A DNA stretch of 64,000 nt, taken from Bacteroidota bacterium. Its GTDB lineage: Bacteria > Bacteroidota > Bacteroidia > Chitinophagales > BACL12. The notes under the pieces were generated by a model, which was not told the DNA's origin, made no database searches, and was given only the letters and a program-made list of their open reading frames with translations. A program made the translations under genes and the position numbers. Numbering within the stretch: the stretch's first letter is position 1; the number at the start of each line of letters is the position of its first letter. Positions 41,194 through 51,214 of this stretch are shown here, in pieces. The stretch is from contig JADKEK010000001.1 in the NCBI GenBank assembly GCA_016718035.1, positions 961,233-1,025,232 of the forward strand. Reading direction: 5' to 3'.

Positions 41194-42140
41194 ATCTCCT
41201 TTAATTCCCACAAATCTTTGAGATTGGTTCCACTTGTGCCCAAACCGCAATAACCATGATTGCCAATGGTAAATGCACTCATATATCGGCGACCTATTCC
41301 CGGAAATTCCGGAACGGTATCCCATGTATCAGTGCCGGGATTATACTGCCAGAAATCATCATAATTAGTCCCACTTGAGTAGTCATCTCCTGTACCGATA
41401 TATCCATAACCATTCATCGCAAAACCGCAAGCTTCCTGCCTTGTTGGACCGGGAACATCTGCTTTGGTTGCCCAGGTATTGGTTATAGGGTCGTATTCAT
41501 AAAAATCGTTGGTAGAACCAAATGCATTGCCGGTGCCAATATATCCTTTATCGCCTAAAGCAAAACCTACTGCGGCTATTCTGGCAGCTCCTAATAAATT
41601 GGCCATTTGTGTCCAATCGTTAGTTACAGGATCATATTCCCATAAATCTTTTTTATAACCGGTAACATCGGTACCAGTACCAACATAACCCTTATCGCCT
41701 ATTGCAAATGCCGCAGCGCCATGTCTTGCAGAACCACCAAAGTCGTCAATTGCTGACCATGTATTGGTTTTTGCGTCAAAGGCATAAAAATCTTTTTGCT
41801 CCACAAACCCAGGATTGCGGCCGGTGCCCACATAAGCAATATCTCCTATGGTAAAAGCAACAGCCTGAATAACCTTCCCTCCCATAAAATTGGCTTTTTG
41901 CGTCCAGGTATTTGAACCCGGGTCGTATTCCCAAATATCTTCAAAGAGGATGTCAACTATGGAATTGTAATGGCCCAAACCCATGTAACCGCGGCCACCA
42001 ACCGAAAATCCAACACCTCTGTGCCTCGCTTCACCACCAAAATTGGCCTTTTCGATCCAAACCAGTTCGGCATGCGATTGTTGCCATATGGTGGTAACAA
42101 AACTGATGAAAAGCGCAATTGGGAGGAGCTTTAGCGACAT
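41190..42140 (-). CDS. Kelch-like repeat protein (paralog, no CTD)
   Basis: I chose the internal Met start (MSLKLLPIALFISFVTTIWQQSHA). It has the same repeat family as 35291..37799 and ends right after the last blade. It overlaps the convergent SBBP gene by 4 bp. Confidence 0.8.
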   Translation of the reverse strand: MSLKLLPIALFISFVTTIWQQSHAELVWIEKANFGGEARHRGVGFSVGGRGYMGLGHYNSIVDILFEDIWEYDPGSNTWTQKANFMGGKVIQAVAFTIGDIAYVGTGRNPGFVEQKDFYAFDAKTNTWSAIDDFGGSARHGAAAFAIGDKGYVGTGTDVTGYKKDLWEYDPVTNDWTQMANLLGAARIAAVGFALGDKGYIGTGNAFGSTNDFYEYDPITNTWATKADVPGPTRQEACGFAMNGYGYIGTGDDYSSGTNYDDFWQYNPGTDTWDTVPEFPGIGRRYMSAFTIGNHGYCGLGTSGTNLKDLWELKEI

Positions 42141-42284
42141 ATTTGGTGTGTTAAGTTTAGATGAATACAATGTTAAATTTACCTGTTTTTGCGAAAATTG
42201 CAAATTCTAGGAGTGGTTTTAGTAATTTATACCTATGTAAATTCACGACTTTTTACCTTACTAGAAGTTGATTATTTTAGCCGT

Positions 42285-42731
42285 ATGAAATACGAAAACT
42301 CCATTGTTATTCAATTACCTGTTGCACGTGTTATCGAATTATTCGACAATCCGGATAATATGAAATACTGGCAAAAGGGATTACAGTCTTTTGAGCATGT
42401 AAGTGGTACACCAGGACAACCGGGTGCCGTTTCTAAATTGATATATAAAATGGGTAACCGTATGGTTGAAATGAAAGAAACTATTACCGAACGCGATTTA
42501 CCCAAAACATTTGCCGGTATTTATGAGGCGAAAAATGTTTGGAATTACGTCAATAATAGCTTCATCGACAATGGTGATAATACTACTACCTATATTTCAG
42601 CCACTGAATTTAAATTTTCAGGATTGATGATGAAAACAATTGCTTTATTAATGCCAGGTGCGTTTAAAAAACAATCACAAAAATATCTTGAAGATTTTAA
42701 GGCATTTGCAGAATCACAACCATCGGTTTAA
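42285..42731 (+). CDS. SRPBCC-superfamily protein
   Basis: I chose the internal Met start (MKYENSIVIQLPVARVIELFDNPDNMKYWQKGL), which is typical of polyketide-cyclase/START-like small proteins. Confidence 0.7.
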   Translation: MKYENSIVIQLPVARVIELFDNPDNMKYWQKGLQSFEHVSGTPGQPGAVSKLIYKMGNRMVEMKETITERDLPKTFAGIYEAKNVWNYVNNSFIDNGDNTTTYISATEFKFSGLMMKTIALLMPGAFKKQSQKYLEDFKAFAESQPSV

Positions 42732-44098
42732 AATCGAAATATGGTTGAAAAAATGATTCTTTCTTCGTTTTTCACCAAATCGGCAACATAACCAGCAGGT
42801 TCACCAATTGGTGCATTCCAGCCATTTGGCGATGTAACACCTCCCGGCCCTGAGAAATAGGGAATATTGGTATGTCTGCTCACATACTCCACGCCGAATG
42901 TCATGTATTCATTTGGCATAAACTGCACACCTGTTGAAACATCCCAACCTTTAAAAGTATCACCTGGGTTTTGTGTAACCACTCCATTTCCTGCAGGCAA
43001 TAATGCTAAATAACGTCCCGGGTTATTAATCGTTCCTCCTCCAAAAGTCCATGCCCAATGTTGTTGTTGCCCAAACCAAAATCGATTGTACAACATCAAA
43101 CTCAAAAAGTTTTGTGCAGGTGTTATACTATCACCGTTAAATGCCACCACTCCTCCACCGGATTCAAACCCGGCATCAGCAGTAAAAGAAAATGCTGCTT
43201 TTGAAACGCCATTACTTGCCGGTTTATCGATATATTTAATTACGGCTGAGTTATCTGTATGAAAACGTAAACGGTCAGGCGTATTAGGTGTATCGTGACC
43301 AACATACGAACTGCTTAATATACTGGTGTTTTCATTTGGCCGCCATTGAATTTGATATCCAACACCGGGCATTTCGTTAAACATAGCGTACGTTTGCCAG
43401 CCATTAATTAACCACAATTCAATTTTTAATTTTTCACTTGGAAATAATTGTGCTCTTGCACCGGTAAAAAACCAAGGTGTATTATCGCTCGTAAAGGAAG
43501 GCTGATAATTCCAGTTTTCGAAATTATTATAGGATAATAAACCTACATACGATTTAAATAAACCAAAATCAATATTAATTCCGTGCATTTTATTCAAATG
43601 AATGCCTGCATAAGCATCGGTTACATAACGCAATGCATTATATAAATCAAATTGTCCGCGCAATGGTGTATTATCATTACGTGGAATTCCTGTAGCTCTT
43701 GAACCAAACTGTAACATCAGTTTTCCCCTTGCACCACTTTCGGGTTCATTTATTTCGCCGCCAACTTCGATATATGAAATATTAAACTCATTACTCCTAA
43801 AAGTGGCTGTACTGCCACTATTCGTGTGGTCGATAGGTTTGTTAAAAGCATAATTATAATTACAGTCGAGTGTAATTCCTCCGGTAAAATATTTGCCTGC
43901 TAATAATGCTGATTTTTGACGATTATTTCCCTGCACCCAGGTAAAATCACCAAAAGCAAAAGGCTCAGCTTTTTTTACCACTGCAGTATCTGTCAGAGAT
44001 GTTTCAGTTCTTTGGATAGTACTATCATCTACTAGTGGTTTTGCATCAACTGCATTTAAGGTAAACAAACAAAACGCAATGCATATAATTTTTTTCAT
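42728..44098 (-). CDS. Outer-membrane porin (beta-barrel)
   Basis: 456 aa with signal peptide MKKIICIAFCLFTLNAVDA, a Gly/aromatic-rich beta-strand pattern and a C-terminal ...IFSTIFRF. It is the last gene of the kinase-regulator-kup string. Confidence 0.7.
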   Translation of the reverse strand: MKKIICIAFCLFTLNAVDAKPLVDDSTIQRTETSLTDTAVVKKAEPFAFGDFTWVQGNNRQKSALLAGKYFTGGITLDCNYNYAFNKPIDHTNSGSTATFRSNEFNISYIEVGGEINEPESGARGKLMLQFGSRATGIPRNDNTPLRGQFDLYNALRYVTDAYAGIHLNKMHGINIDFGLFKSYVGLLSYNNFENWNYQPSFTSDNTPWFFTGARAQLFPSEKLKIELWLINGWQTYAMFNEMPGVGYQIQWRPNENTSILSSSYVGHDTPNTPDRLRFHTDNSAVIKYIDKPASNGVSKAAFSFTADAGFESGGGVVAFNGDSITPAQNFLSLMLYNRFWFGQQQHWAWTFGGGTINNPGRYLALLPAGNGVVTQNPGDTFKGWDVSTGVQFMPNEYMTFGVEYVSRHTNIPYFSGPGGVTSPNGWNAPIGEPAGYVADLVKNEERIIFSTIFRF

Positions 44099-44173
44099 AA
44101 CATTTTTTTTAGGGCAATAACTCCCCGTTTACCCTGAAACAGGATATTGCCAATAGTGAATGGAATAATTAAA

Positions 44174-46121
44174 TTAATTTAATCGTGTAAGTTCCACTGT
44201 TTGTGCCGGTGAATATACCAATGGCACCTGCTCAACCAATACATCACTTTTATCAAGACCAAACGCACGTTCATCGCGCTGACTAATACGTTTGAGGAAA
44301 AAGTAAGTATTCATAAGCAACCCTTCTTTCAGTGAAAACTCATTTTCAACGGATAAGAATTTTTCAATAACAATAAATTTGAAATCAGGTTCTGCATTAT
44401 ATTTCGATGAACCGTCCGGACGAATATGTAGATTGAGTTCTTTATTCGCAACTAGTTCCTGTACAATTCTTTTGAAATATAATTCCGTGCGCAACTGCAC
44501 TCTGAATCCAACATGGATATTAATTTTTATCACCTTATCATCAACGAGTTCTGAAACATCGTAATTTAATGTGTAAGGATGTTCTGTTCGGTTGATATGC
44601 ACAAACCAATATACATCAGCCCGTTTAGGTTTTTTGGAGAAGATGGAACGAACAATTTTATCTTCAATCTCGTGCCTATAATCGGCCTTAGTCAAATAAA
44701 TTAAATGAGTTGAAAATTTAGGAATGGTGTCATCTTCACTTAATTCCATCAATTGTTTGGTATGTCTGCCAATATCAACAAATTTGGTAAATCGGTTATT
44801 AATTTTTCTTGCACTATGCCAAACATACATGGTAAGGAAAATAAATATTGCGAAAAACAAAAATGTCCAACTTTCTTTAATTTTTACCACATTAGCAACA
44901 AAAAACGAAAGTTCGATCGTCGCGAAAAATGAAACAATTGCAAATACCAACCATTTATTCCATTTCAATCTATATAACATAAAGAAGGTGAGCAAGACTG
45001 TCGTCATCATCATAGTAATGGTGATAAAAAATCCATAAGCTGCTTCCATATGTTCTGATGAACGGAAATACAATACTGTGCCCACACATCCCAACCACAA
45101 TATAATATTTACGCTCGGAATATAAATTTGTCCTTTTAAATCGGTTGGCTGACGCACAAGTACTCTTGGCCAGAAATTTAAGTTCATCGCCTCGTTAATT
45201 AATGTATAACTTCCACTAATTAATGCCTGTGAAGCGATAATAGCTGCTGCTGTCGCAATTAAAATACCCGGTAAAACAAACCAATGCGGCATCATTTCAA
45301 AAAATGGATTTCTGCCATCAAGGGTTGTACCGCCTTCATGTAATAACCAAGCTGCTTGTCCAAGGTAATTAATCATTAAACATGTTTTCACAAAACCCCA
45401 AGTTATTCGAATATTTTTTCTTCCACAATGTCCTAAATCCGAATATAAAGCTTCCGCTCCTGTAGTTGCTAAAAACACTGCACCCAACAACCAAAACCCT
45501 TTCGGATATAAAACCAATAATTCGTAAGCATATTTTGGATTTAATGCTTTAAATACATCAGGATAATGTATAATTTGACTTAACCCCACAACAAACAACA
45601 TCGAAAACCATATTACCATCACAGGACCAAAAGCACTACCCACTTTTGAGTACCAAATCGCTGCATAAAAAAGATGAGCGATAAAATTGCGATTACAATA
45701 GGAATAGTGGAATATGTTCCAAACCCGGAACAATTTCCAACCCTTCTACTGCCGATGACACTGAAATTGGTGGGGTAATAATTCCATCAGCCAACAATGT
45801 TGTGGCGCCTAAAATAGTAGGAATAACTAATTTTTTGCCATATCGTCGCACGAGTGAATACAAAGAGAAAATACCACCCTCCCCTTCATTATCTGCACGT
45901 AGCGTAAGCACGATATATTTTAATGTAGTCTGAAATACCAATGTCCAAAAAATACAGGATACACCACCAAGTACTAAAACTTCTTCGATATTTCTATCTA
46001 ATACAACAGCTTTGAGCACGTATAAAGGGCTGGTTCCAATATCACCATAAATAATCCCCAATGCTATCAACAATGAAGCCGCCGTTATTTTATCAATATG
46101 TTTTCCTTTTTCTGTTTGCAT
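44174..46121 (-). pseudogene. kup: KUP-family K+ uptake transporter, frame disrupted
   Basis: 45693..46121 encodes the N-terminus (YGDIGTSPLYVLK, LRADNEGEGGIFSLYSL, SAVEGLEIV). 44174..45733 encodes the remainder (TGAEALYSDLGHCG, IASQALISGSYTL, GQIYIPSVN). A third frame between them reads STIPIVIAILSLIFFMQRFGT, which fits the expected Kup helix. This implies two single-base frame changes within about 45 nt. Confidence 0.85.
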
Positions 46122-46131
46122 AGCTGTTTTT

Positions 46132-46815
46132 TTATTCTCCCGATAATCGATACCCTACTCCGGATTCTGTGACAATAATAGTTGGGTTATTTGGATCTGT
46201 TTCAATTTTTTTTCTGAGTTGTGCGATAAATACACGTAAATACTGTGACTGTTGAATATATCCAGGCCCCCAAACTTCGCGCAATAAATATTGATGTGTT
46301 AATACCTTACCTTCATTTTTTACAAAAAGGGCTAACAATGTATATTCTGTTGCAGTCAATTTAACCAATTCACCATTTACTCGCACCGTTCTGGCTACCA
46401 AGTCTACTTCCATGTGATTGGAAATAAATACATTACTTTCATTTTCAGCATACATGTTACGCAATGCTGAGCGCATTCTTGCCAACAATTCTCCTGTTCT
46501 AAATGGTTTAATTAAATAATCGTTTGCCCCTTCATCTAAAGCCAAAACAATATCAGATTCTTCAGACTGAACCGACAAAATGATGATCGGTTTATTATAC
46601 CATTCACGTAACTGTTTTAATACATCATGTCCGCTGGCGTCGGGCAAACCGAGGTCTAATAAAATAATATCAGGTGGATGATTAGCAGCCTTTATCAATC
46701 CCTCTTTAGCAGAATTAGCGACGATAGTTTTATAATCGCTGCTTTCCAGTGTGATTACCAATAATTTACAAATTGGCAATTCATCATCTATAATTAACAC
46801 CTCAGGATTATTCAT
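46132..46815 (-). CDS. kdpE: OmpR-family response regulator, KdpE-like
   Basis: 227 aa. PDIILLDLGLPDASG, IIILSVQSEESDIVLALDEGANDYLIKPF and the winged-helix end closely parallel E. coli KdpE as I remember it. Confidence 0.8.
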   Translation of the reverse strand: MNNPEVLIIDDELPICKLLVITLESSDYKTIVANSAKEGLIKAANHPPDIILLDLGLPDASGHDVLKQLREWYNKPIIILSVQSEESDIVLALDEGANDYLIKPFRTGELLARMRSALRNMYAENESNVFISNHMEVDLVARTVRVNGELVKLTATEYTLLALFVKNEGKVLTHQYLLREVWGPGYIQQSQYLRVFIAQLRKKIETDPNNPTIIVTESGVGYRLSGE

Positions 46816-47890
46816 TTTTCAAATTTTTGAGATAAGTAGTTTCAGCAGGAATTACAATCGTAAATTTTGCACCGCCTTCAGGCATATTCGATAATGTTAC
46901 GGAACCACCTTGCGCTTCGACAAATCCTTTTACGATTGATAAACCTAAACCAGTTCCACCGGCTGCTGAATATTTGACGCGATAAAATTTATCAAAAACT
47001 TTTTCTATAGCTTCCTCAGGAAATCCATTGCCATTGTCCTGCACTATTAATACCAAATGTTCTTCCTGAGAAAATGCTTTTATCGTGATAATGGCATGTT
47101 TTGGTGTATATACCGCTGCATTCACCGCCAGGTTATAAATAATTTGCTCAACCAAACCGTGATCAATTTTAAATAAGGGAACATCTTCTTTAATACTTAC
47201 AATAAAAGGATGCGTAACATAATCATCTTTTAATCGATTCACTACTTCGTAGGCAATTTCGTTAATGTCACACCAATCGCGTTTAGGTGCAATAACACCG
47301 GATTCAAGTCGCGACATGTTGAGCAAATTTTCCACCTGCCTGTTTAATCGCCATGCTGCCTGCGCAATTTCTGCTGTTAATTCTTTTCTGTTGGTTTCGG
47401 TAAGTTTGATATTTTCCGTTTGCAGGTTATCTGTAGCGCCAATAATAGTGGCAATTGGTGTTTTTAATTCGTGTGATAATGAATTTAATAAGGTATTATA
47501 CAATTTTAAGGTGTTCTCCTCTCCTTCTTTTTGTTGCGTTTGTTTTTCAGTAGTTCTGATTTTATTGGTGAGCACAGCATTAACCAATGCAATTAAAAAA
47601 TACATGAGAAACATCAAAGTATCTTCGGTATTATTAATATGGAAAGTAAAATGCGGAGGAATAAAAAAGAAGTTCCATATAAGTGCACTTAATACTGCTG
47701 CTGCTAATACCGGCCAAATGCTTAAAAACATGGCCAATACTGAAACTGTCGCTAATAAAATAAGTGCAACTGTTTTATATCCAATCAATTCAGATGTGGT
47801 GTAACAAATAGCGGCAATTAAGAGAACAGTGATTACACTGATAAAAAATTGTTGCGCTTTCGATTTGCCCGATGATTTGGTTCCGGCCAT
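46808..47890 (-). CDS. Sensor histidine kinase, KdpD C-terminal type (membrane DUF4118-like domain + HisKA + HATPase_c)
   Basis: 360 aa with three or four TM helices. It has the H-box LSHELKTPIATIIGATD, an N-box LAVNAAVYTP and a G-box DNGNGF...GTGLGLSIVKG. It overlaps kdpE by 8 bp, indicating an operon. Confidence 0.85.
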   Translation of the reverse strand: MAGTKSSGKSKAQQFFISVITVLLIAAICYTTSELIGYKTVALILLATVSVLAMFLSIWPVLAAAVLSALIWNFFFIPPHFTFHINNTEDTLMFLMYFLIALVNAVLTNKIRTTEKQTQQKEGEENTLKLYNTLLNSLSHELKTPIATIIGATDNLQTENIKLTETNRKELTAEIAQAAWRLNRQVENLLNMSRLESGVIAPKRDWCDINEIAYEVVNRLKDDYVTHPFIVSIKEDVPLFKIDHGLVEQIIYNLAVNAAVYTPKHAIITIKAFSQEEHLVLIVQDNGNGFPEEAIEKVFDKFYRVKYSAAGGTGLGLSIVKGFVEAQGGSVTLSNMPEGGAKFTIVIPAETTYLKNLKNE

Positions 47891-47995
47891 AAGCAGTAGT
47901 TTAACTTATGCCGCAAAGTTACTTCCCCGTTTGTAAGTATGGTGTAAAACCAATACCAAACAGTATAAAGATTTTATAAAGATTTCATGCCTTAA

Positions 47996-49852
47996 TTACC
48001 TGACAAGGGTAATATTTCCCTGCATAACTTGTTCTGCTCCTGATGTAGAAAGGTATTGTAAAACATAAACATAACTGCCAATAGGTTGTACTTTACCTTC
48101 AAATATGCCATTCCAACCGAGTTGGTTTGCATTCCCTTGAAACACTAATTCTCCCCAACGGTTAAAAATTTGAAACGATAAAACCCTGTTAGGGTCCATC
48201 ACAATTACAAAGGCATTGTCGTTAAATCCATCACCATTCGGACTAAATGCGTTAGCAACAGCAATATCTTCACAATAAGTTACCTGTATGGTATCAGATG
48301 CATCTTTACACAACAAATCAGCAGTGACAAAATAGGTGCCCGGAGTGGTTACCAAAATTGAAGAAGTTGTTTCACCAGTATTCCAAGTATAATTAGGCAA
48401 ATCATTACCAGCATCAATTAATAAGACATCTATTCCACCAACGGGACATAAAATTAAATCTTCACCTAAATTTATGGTTGCATTTAAATAAGGGTCTTCA
48501 GATATTGTTACATTATCGGTAAATGTCTCACACAAACTTTCAACAGTAATCGTATAAGTACCAGCTGAATTTACGGTAATACTCTCATCAGTTTCCCCAT
48601 TGCTCCAATTGTAAGATTGAAAGCCTTCTGGTACTGTTAATGTAATTTCCCAAACAGGTTCACAAAATAATATATCATCTCCTAGTTCAGGAAATAACCC
48701 TATTGGTGGAATTACATCAATGGTAAATGAATCAATAAATGATGCACAATCAGTAAATCCTTGCAGATAATAAGTTCCGGCTGCATCAATTTCAATTGAA
48801 CCGGTTGTTTCACCTGTGCTCCATAAATAGGAATCATAAGAAGGTGAACCATTTAATGTATAAGGTAATTCGGTAAAACAAATCTCTGTAATATCGGAAG
48901 TGGTATATAAAGAATCTTCTACAAATAAAACCGATGCGGTATCATAAATAGTGCCGCAACTAGTTTCCATTTGTAACCAGTATTCACCAGTTGCATAAAC
49001 GGTTATTTCAGCTGTTGTTTCACCTGTGTTCCATAAATAACTATTGGCACAACTTGGTGCGGATAATACAAATGGATTACATACAACGGTATCAGGTAAA
49101 TACAACATACTATCTACAGGGCTTACTAGTACATCTTCAATAAATAAATAAACTAATGGATTTGCCCCTAATTCGCCGCCATCGTAGGCAACAACTTCAA
49201 CTTCATCATCAGGATGAAAGTTGCCGATAGCTACCCAAGATTCACCACCTGTTGCTTCAAAAAATCCACAAATTTTCGTCCATTCACCCGGAGGGTTGAT
49301 GTAGTTACCGGTTCCATTATTTTCAATTTGTGGTGTAACATCCAACACATCGCTAATTCCGGGGCTACCAATTTTTTCTACTGCAAAATATGCGCCTATC
49401 GCATCTGTTGTTGCATGCTCAGCTTCCAGAAAATCGGATTGAACGGCGGGCGCACTCCAGAATTCTACATAATAGCATGTTCCTGCAACCAAGGGCTCCG
49501 CCAATTCATGTTGCACATATTCGCGGTATAAAAACGAATTATTATCGTATAAATCTGTCCAAAATCCACCATAAGCATCACCTGTTCTTGCCGGTTGATC
49601 TGCTGCAAATAAATTTGTTGGCACGCTCACCTGCGTAAACCCCGGAGCACAGGCATTATAATAATCAGGTGTTCCGCCACTTGCTGCATACCAGTCGTCA
49701 CAATAATAATCGCCATCCCAAGTAAAACCTGAAATGGATACAGGGCAATCGTTGTAAGTTTCGAAACTATAATTTTCTACAAGATTGTATTGTGCTACTG
49801 CACTTCCTGCCTTAACCAAAACGCATAATAAGAGGAGTAGTTTAGTGTGCAT
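47996..49852 (-). CDS. Large secreted protein with gliding-motility-associated (T9SS type-B, CHU_C-like) C-terminal domain
   Basis: I chose the start at MHTKLLLLLCVLV. Four repeats of the type (N/D)SYLW(N/S)TGETT..I.V...G.Y are present. The C-terminus FSPNGDGFNDNAFVI...FQIFNRWGELVFQG...GWNG...GSYVYVLQY is the type-B sorting-domain signature. Confidence 0.85.
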   Translation of the reverse strand: MHTKLLLLLCVLVKAGSAVAQYNLVENYSFETYNDCPVSISGFTWDGDYYCDDWYAASGGTPDYYNACAPGFTQVSVPTNLFAADQPARTGDAYGGFWTDLYDNNSFLYREYVQHELAEPLVAGTCYYVEFWSAPAVQSDFLEAEHATTDAIGAYFAVEKIGSPGISDVLDVTPQIENNGTGNYINPPGEWTKICGFFEATGGESWVAIGNFHPDDEVEVVAYDGGELGANPLVYLFIEDVLVSPVDSMLYLPDTVVCNPFVLSAPSCANSYLWNTGETTAEITVYATGEYWLQMETSCGTIYDTASVLFVEDSLYTTSDITEICFTELPYTLNGSPSYDSYLWSTGETTGSIEIDAAGTYYLQGFTDCASFIDSFTIDVIPPIGLFPELGDDILFCEPVWEITLTVPEGFQSYNWSNGETDESITVNSAGTYTITVESLCETFTDNVTISEDPYLNATINLGEDLILCPVGGIDVLLIDAGNDLPNYTWNTGETTSSILVTTPGTYFVTADLLCKDASDTIQVTYCEDIAVANAFSPNGDGFNDNAFVIVMDPNRVLSFQIFNRWGELVFQGNANQLGWNGIFEGKVQPIGSYVYVLQYLSTSGAEQVMQGNITLVR

Positions 49853-49914
49853 TGGCTGATTTTTATCAAATATAACCAAATAGCAACAAAAGGGACAAAA
49901 ACAGATATTGCCAT

Positions 49915-50382
49915 TTATCGCATCACACCAAATAGTTCAATCAGCTTTTTTTCACGGAATTCAAATATCGACTTGAGTTGTTTGCGAATAAATAAAATGT
50001 TGGCCAAACTGCCTAAAATGCCCATTGGCGGCTGGTAGGTGACGATATCGGTCATTTCTACTCCGCCTTCAATTTGTTTCAGGTGATGTTCGTGATGCCA
50101 AATTCGGTAAGGTCCAACACGCTGTTCATCGACAAAATATTGTAAATCCTTAACATGTGTAATTTCCGTAACCCAACGAATAGGAATATTCAATACAGGG
50201 CTGACGGTATATTGAATAATCATTCCCGGATATACTTTTTGATTAGTATTTTCGGTTAAAATATGAAAACCCATATGATCAGGTGTTATCACTTTTAAAT
50301 TATCTGCAGAAGACAAAAAGTCCCAGGCCTCTTGTAAGGAGATGGGAATTTGTTGTTTTGTTGTAATTGTATATACGCCCAT
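49915..50382 (-). CDS. SRPBCC-family protein
   Basis: 155 aa containing VDEQRVGPYRIWHHEHHL, which I recall from COG4276-like SRPBCC proteins. It is tightly coupled (5-bp gap) to the upstream SDR gene. Confidence 0.7.
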   Translation of the reverse strand: MGVYTITTKQQIPISLQEAWDFLSSADNLKVITPDHMGFHILTENTNQKVYPGMIIQYTVSPVLNIPIRWVTEITHVKDLQYFVDEQRVGPYRIWHHEHHLKQIEGGVEMTDIVTYQPPMGILGSLANILFIRKQLKSIFEFREKKLIELFGVMR

Positions 50383-50386
50383 AAAT

Positions 50387-51073
50387 TTATTTTATACTCG
50401 ACATGCCGCCGTCAACATGTAAAATTTCACCTGTCATCCAACTGCTTGAATCAGACAACAAAAATGCAGTCATTTTTGCAATATCACTAACTGTTCCAAT
50501 TCTTTTTAAAGGATGACGTTGTGCATTAGCTTCCATTTTTTCAGGTGTGTTTAATAAATTACCGGCTAAAGGGGTATTGGTGATTGATGGTGCGATGCAA
50601 TTAAAGCGGATTTTCGGTGCATATTCTGCAGCTAGTGCTTTTGTTAATCCTTCAATGGCTCCTTTAGATGCAGCAACCAATGAGTGAAATGGAAATCCAT
50701 GTTGCACGGCAATGGTTGAAAATAGCACTACAGCTGCGTGGGGACTATTTTTTAAAGCCGGGATTGCGGCCTGAATAATTTTTGTTGCACCAACCACTTG
50801 TAACTGATAATCATGTATAAAATCCTGCGTAGTAAATCGTGTAAATGGTTTGAGTGTGATGTTTCCTGGGCAATAAACTAAACCATCTAAAGTTGGCGGT
50901 ATAAAAGACAAATCCTGTTCGGACATCACATCAAAATGTATATATTGCACCTGCGTTTCATCCTTTTTGTAATTTTTACAATAAGTAGCTATTACAACAT
51001 TATCATGCGCTAGTTCTTTCACTACACCCTCACCAATTCCGGAAGAGCCTCCGATTACTAAATAGGTTTTCAT
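50387..51073 (-). CDS. Short-chain dehydrogenase/reductase family protein
   Basis: 228 aa with Rossmann motif VIGGSSGIG and an SDR-like core (FSTIA...AASKGAIEGLTKALAAEYAPKIRFNCIAP). Confidence 0.8.
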   Translation of the reverse strand: MKTYLVIGGSSGIGEGVVKELAHDNVVIATYCKNYKKDETQVQYIHFDVMSEQDLSFIPPTLDGLVYCPGNITLKPFTRFTTQDFIHDYQLQVVGATKIIQAAIPALKNSPHAAVVLFSTIAVQHGFPFHSLVAASKGAIEGLTKALAAEYAPKIRFNCIAPSITNTPLAGNLLNTPEKMEANAQRHPLKRIGTVSDIAKMTAFLLSDSSSWMTGEILHVDGGMSSIK

Positions 51074-51214
51074 TTTATGTGGTTGATTTGTTGCGGCGAC
51101 ATTTTTCGCTGCAATAAATGATATTGCCCCAGTTTTTTTCCCATTTTTTTCGCCAGGTAAATGGCAGGTTGCAAATAGGACACAATTTAGTGGGTAAGTG
51201 AATTTTTTTATGCC

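Noticed and set aside
47265-47804. 179-aa + strand ORF
   Set aside because: It is entirely antisense to the well-supported KdpD-type kinase gene and has a low-complexity Ser/Val/Cys-rich translation.
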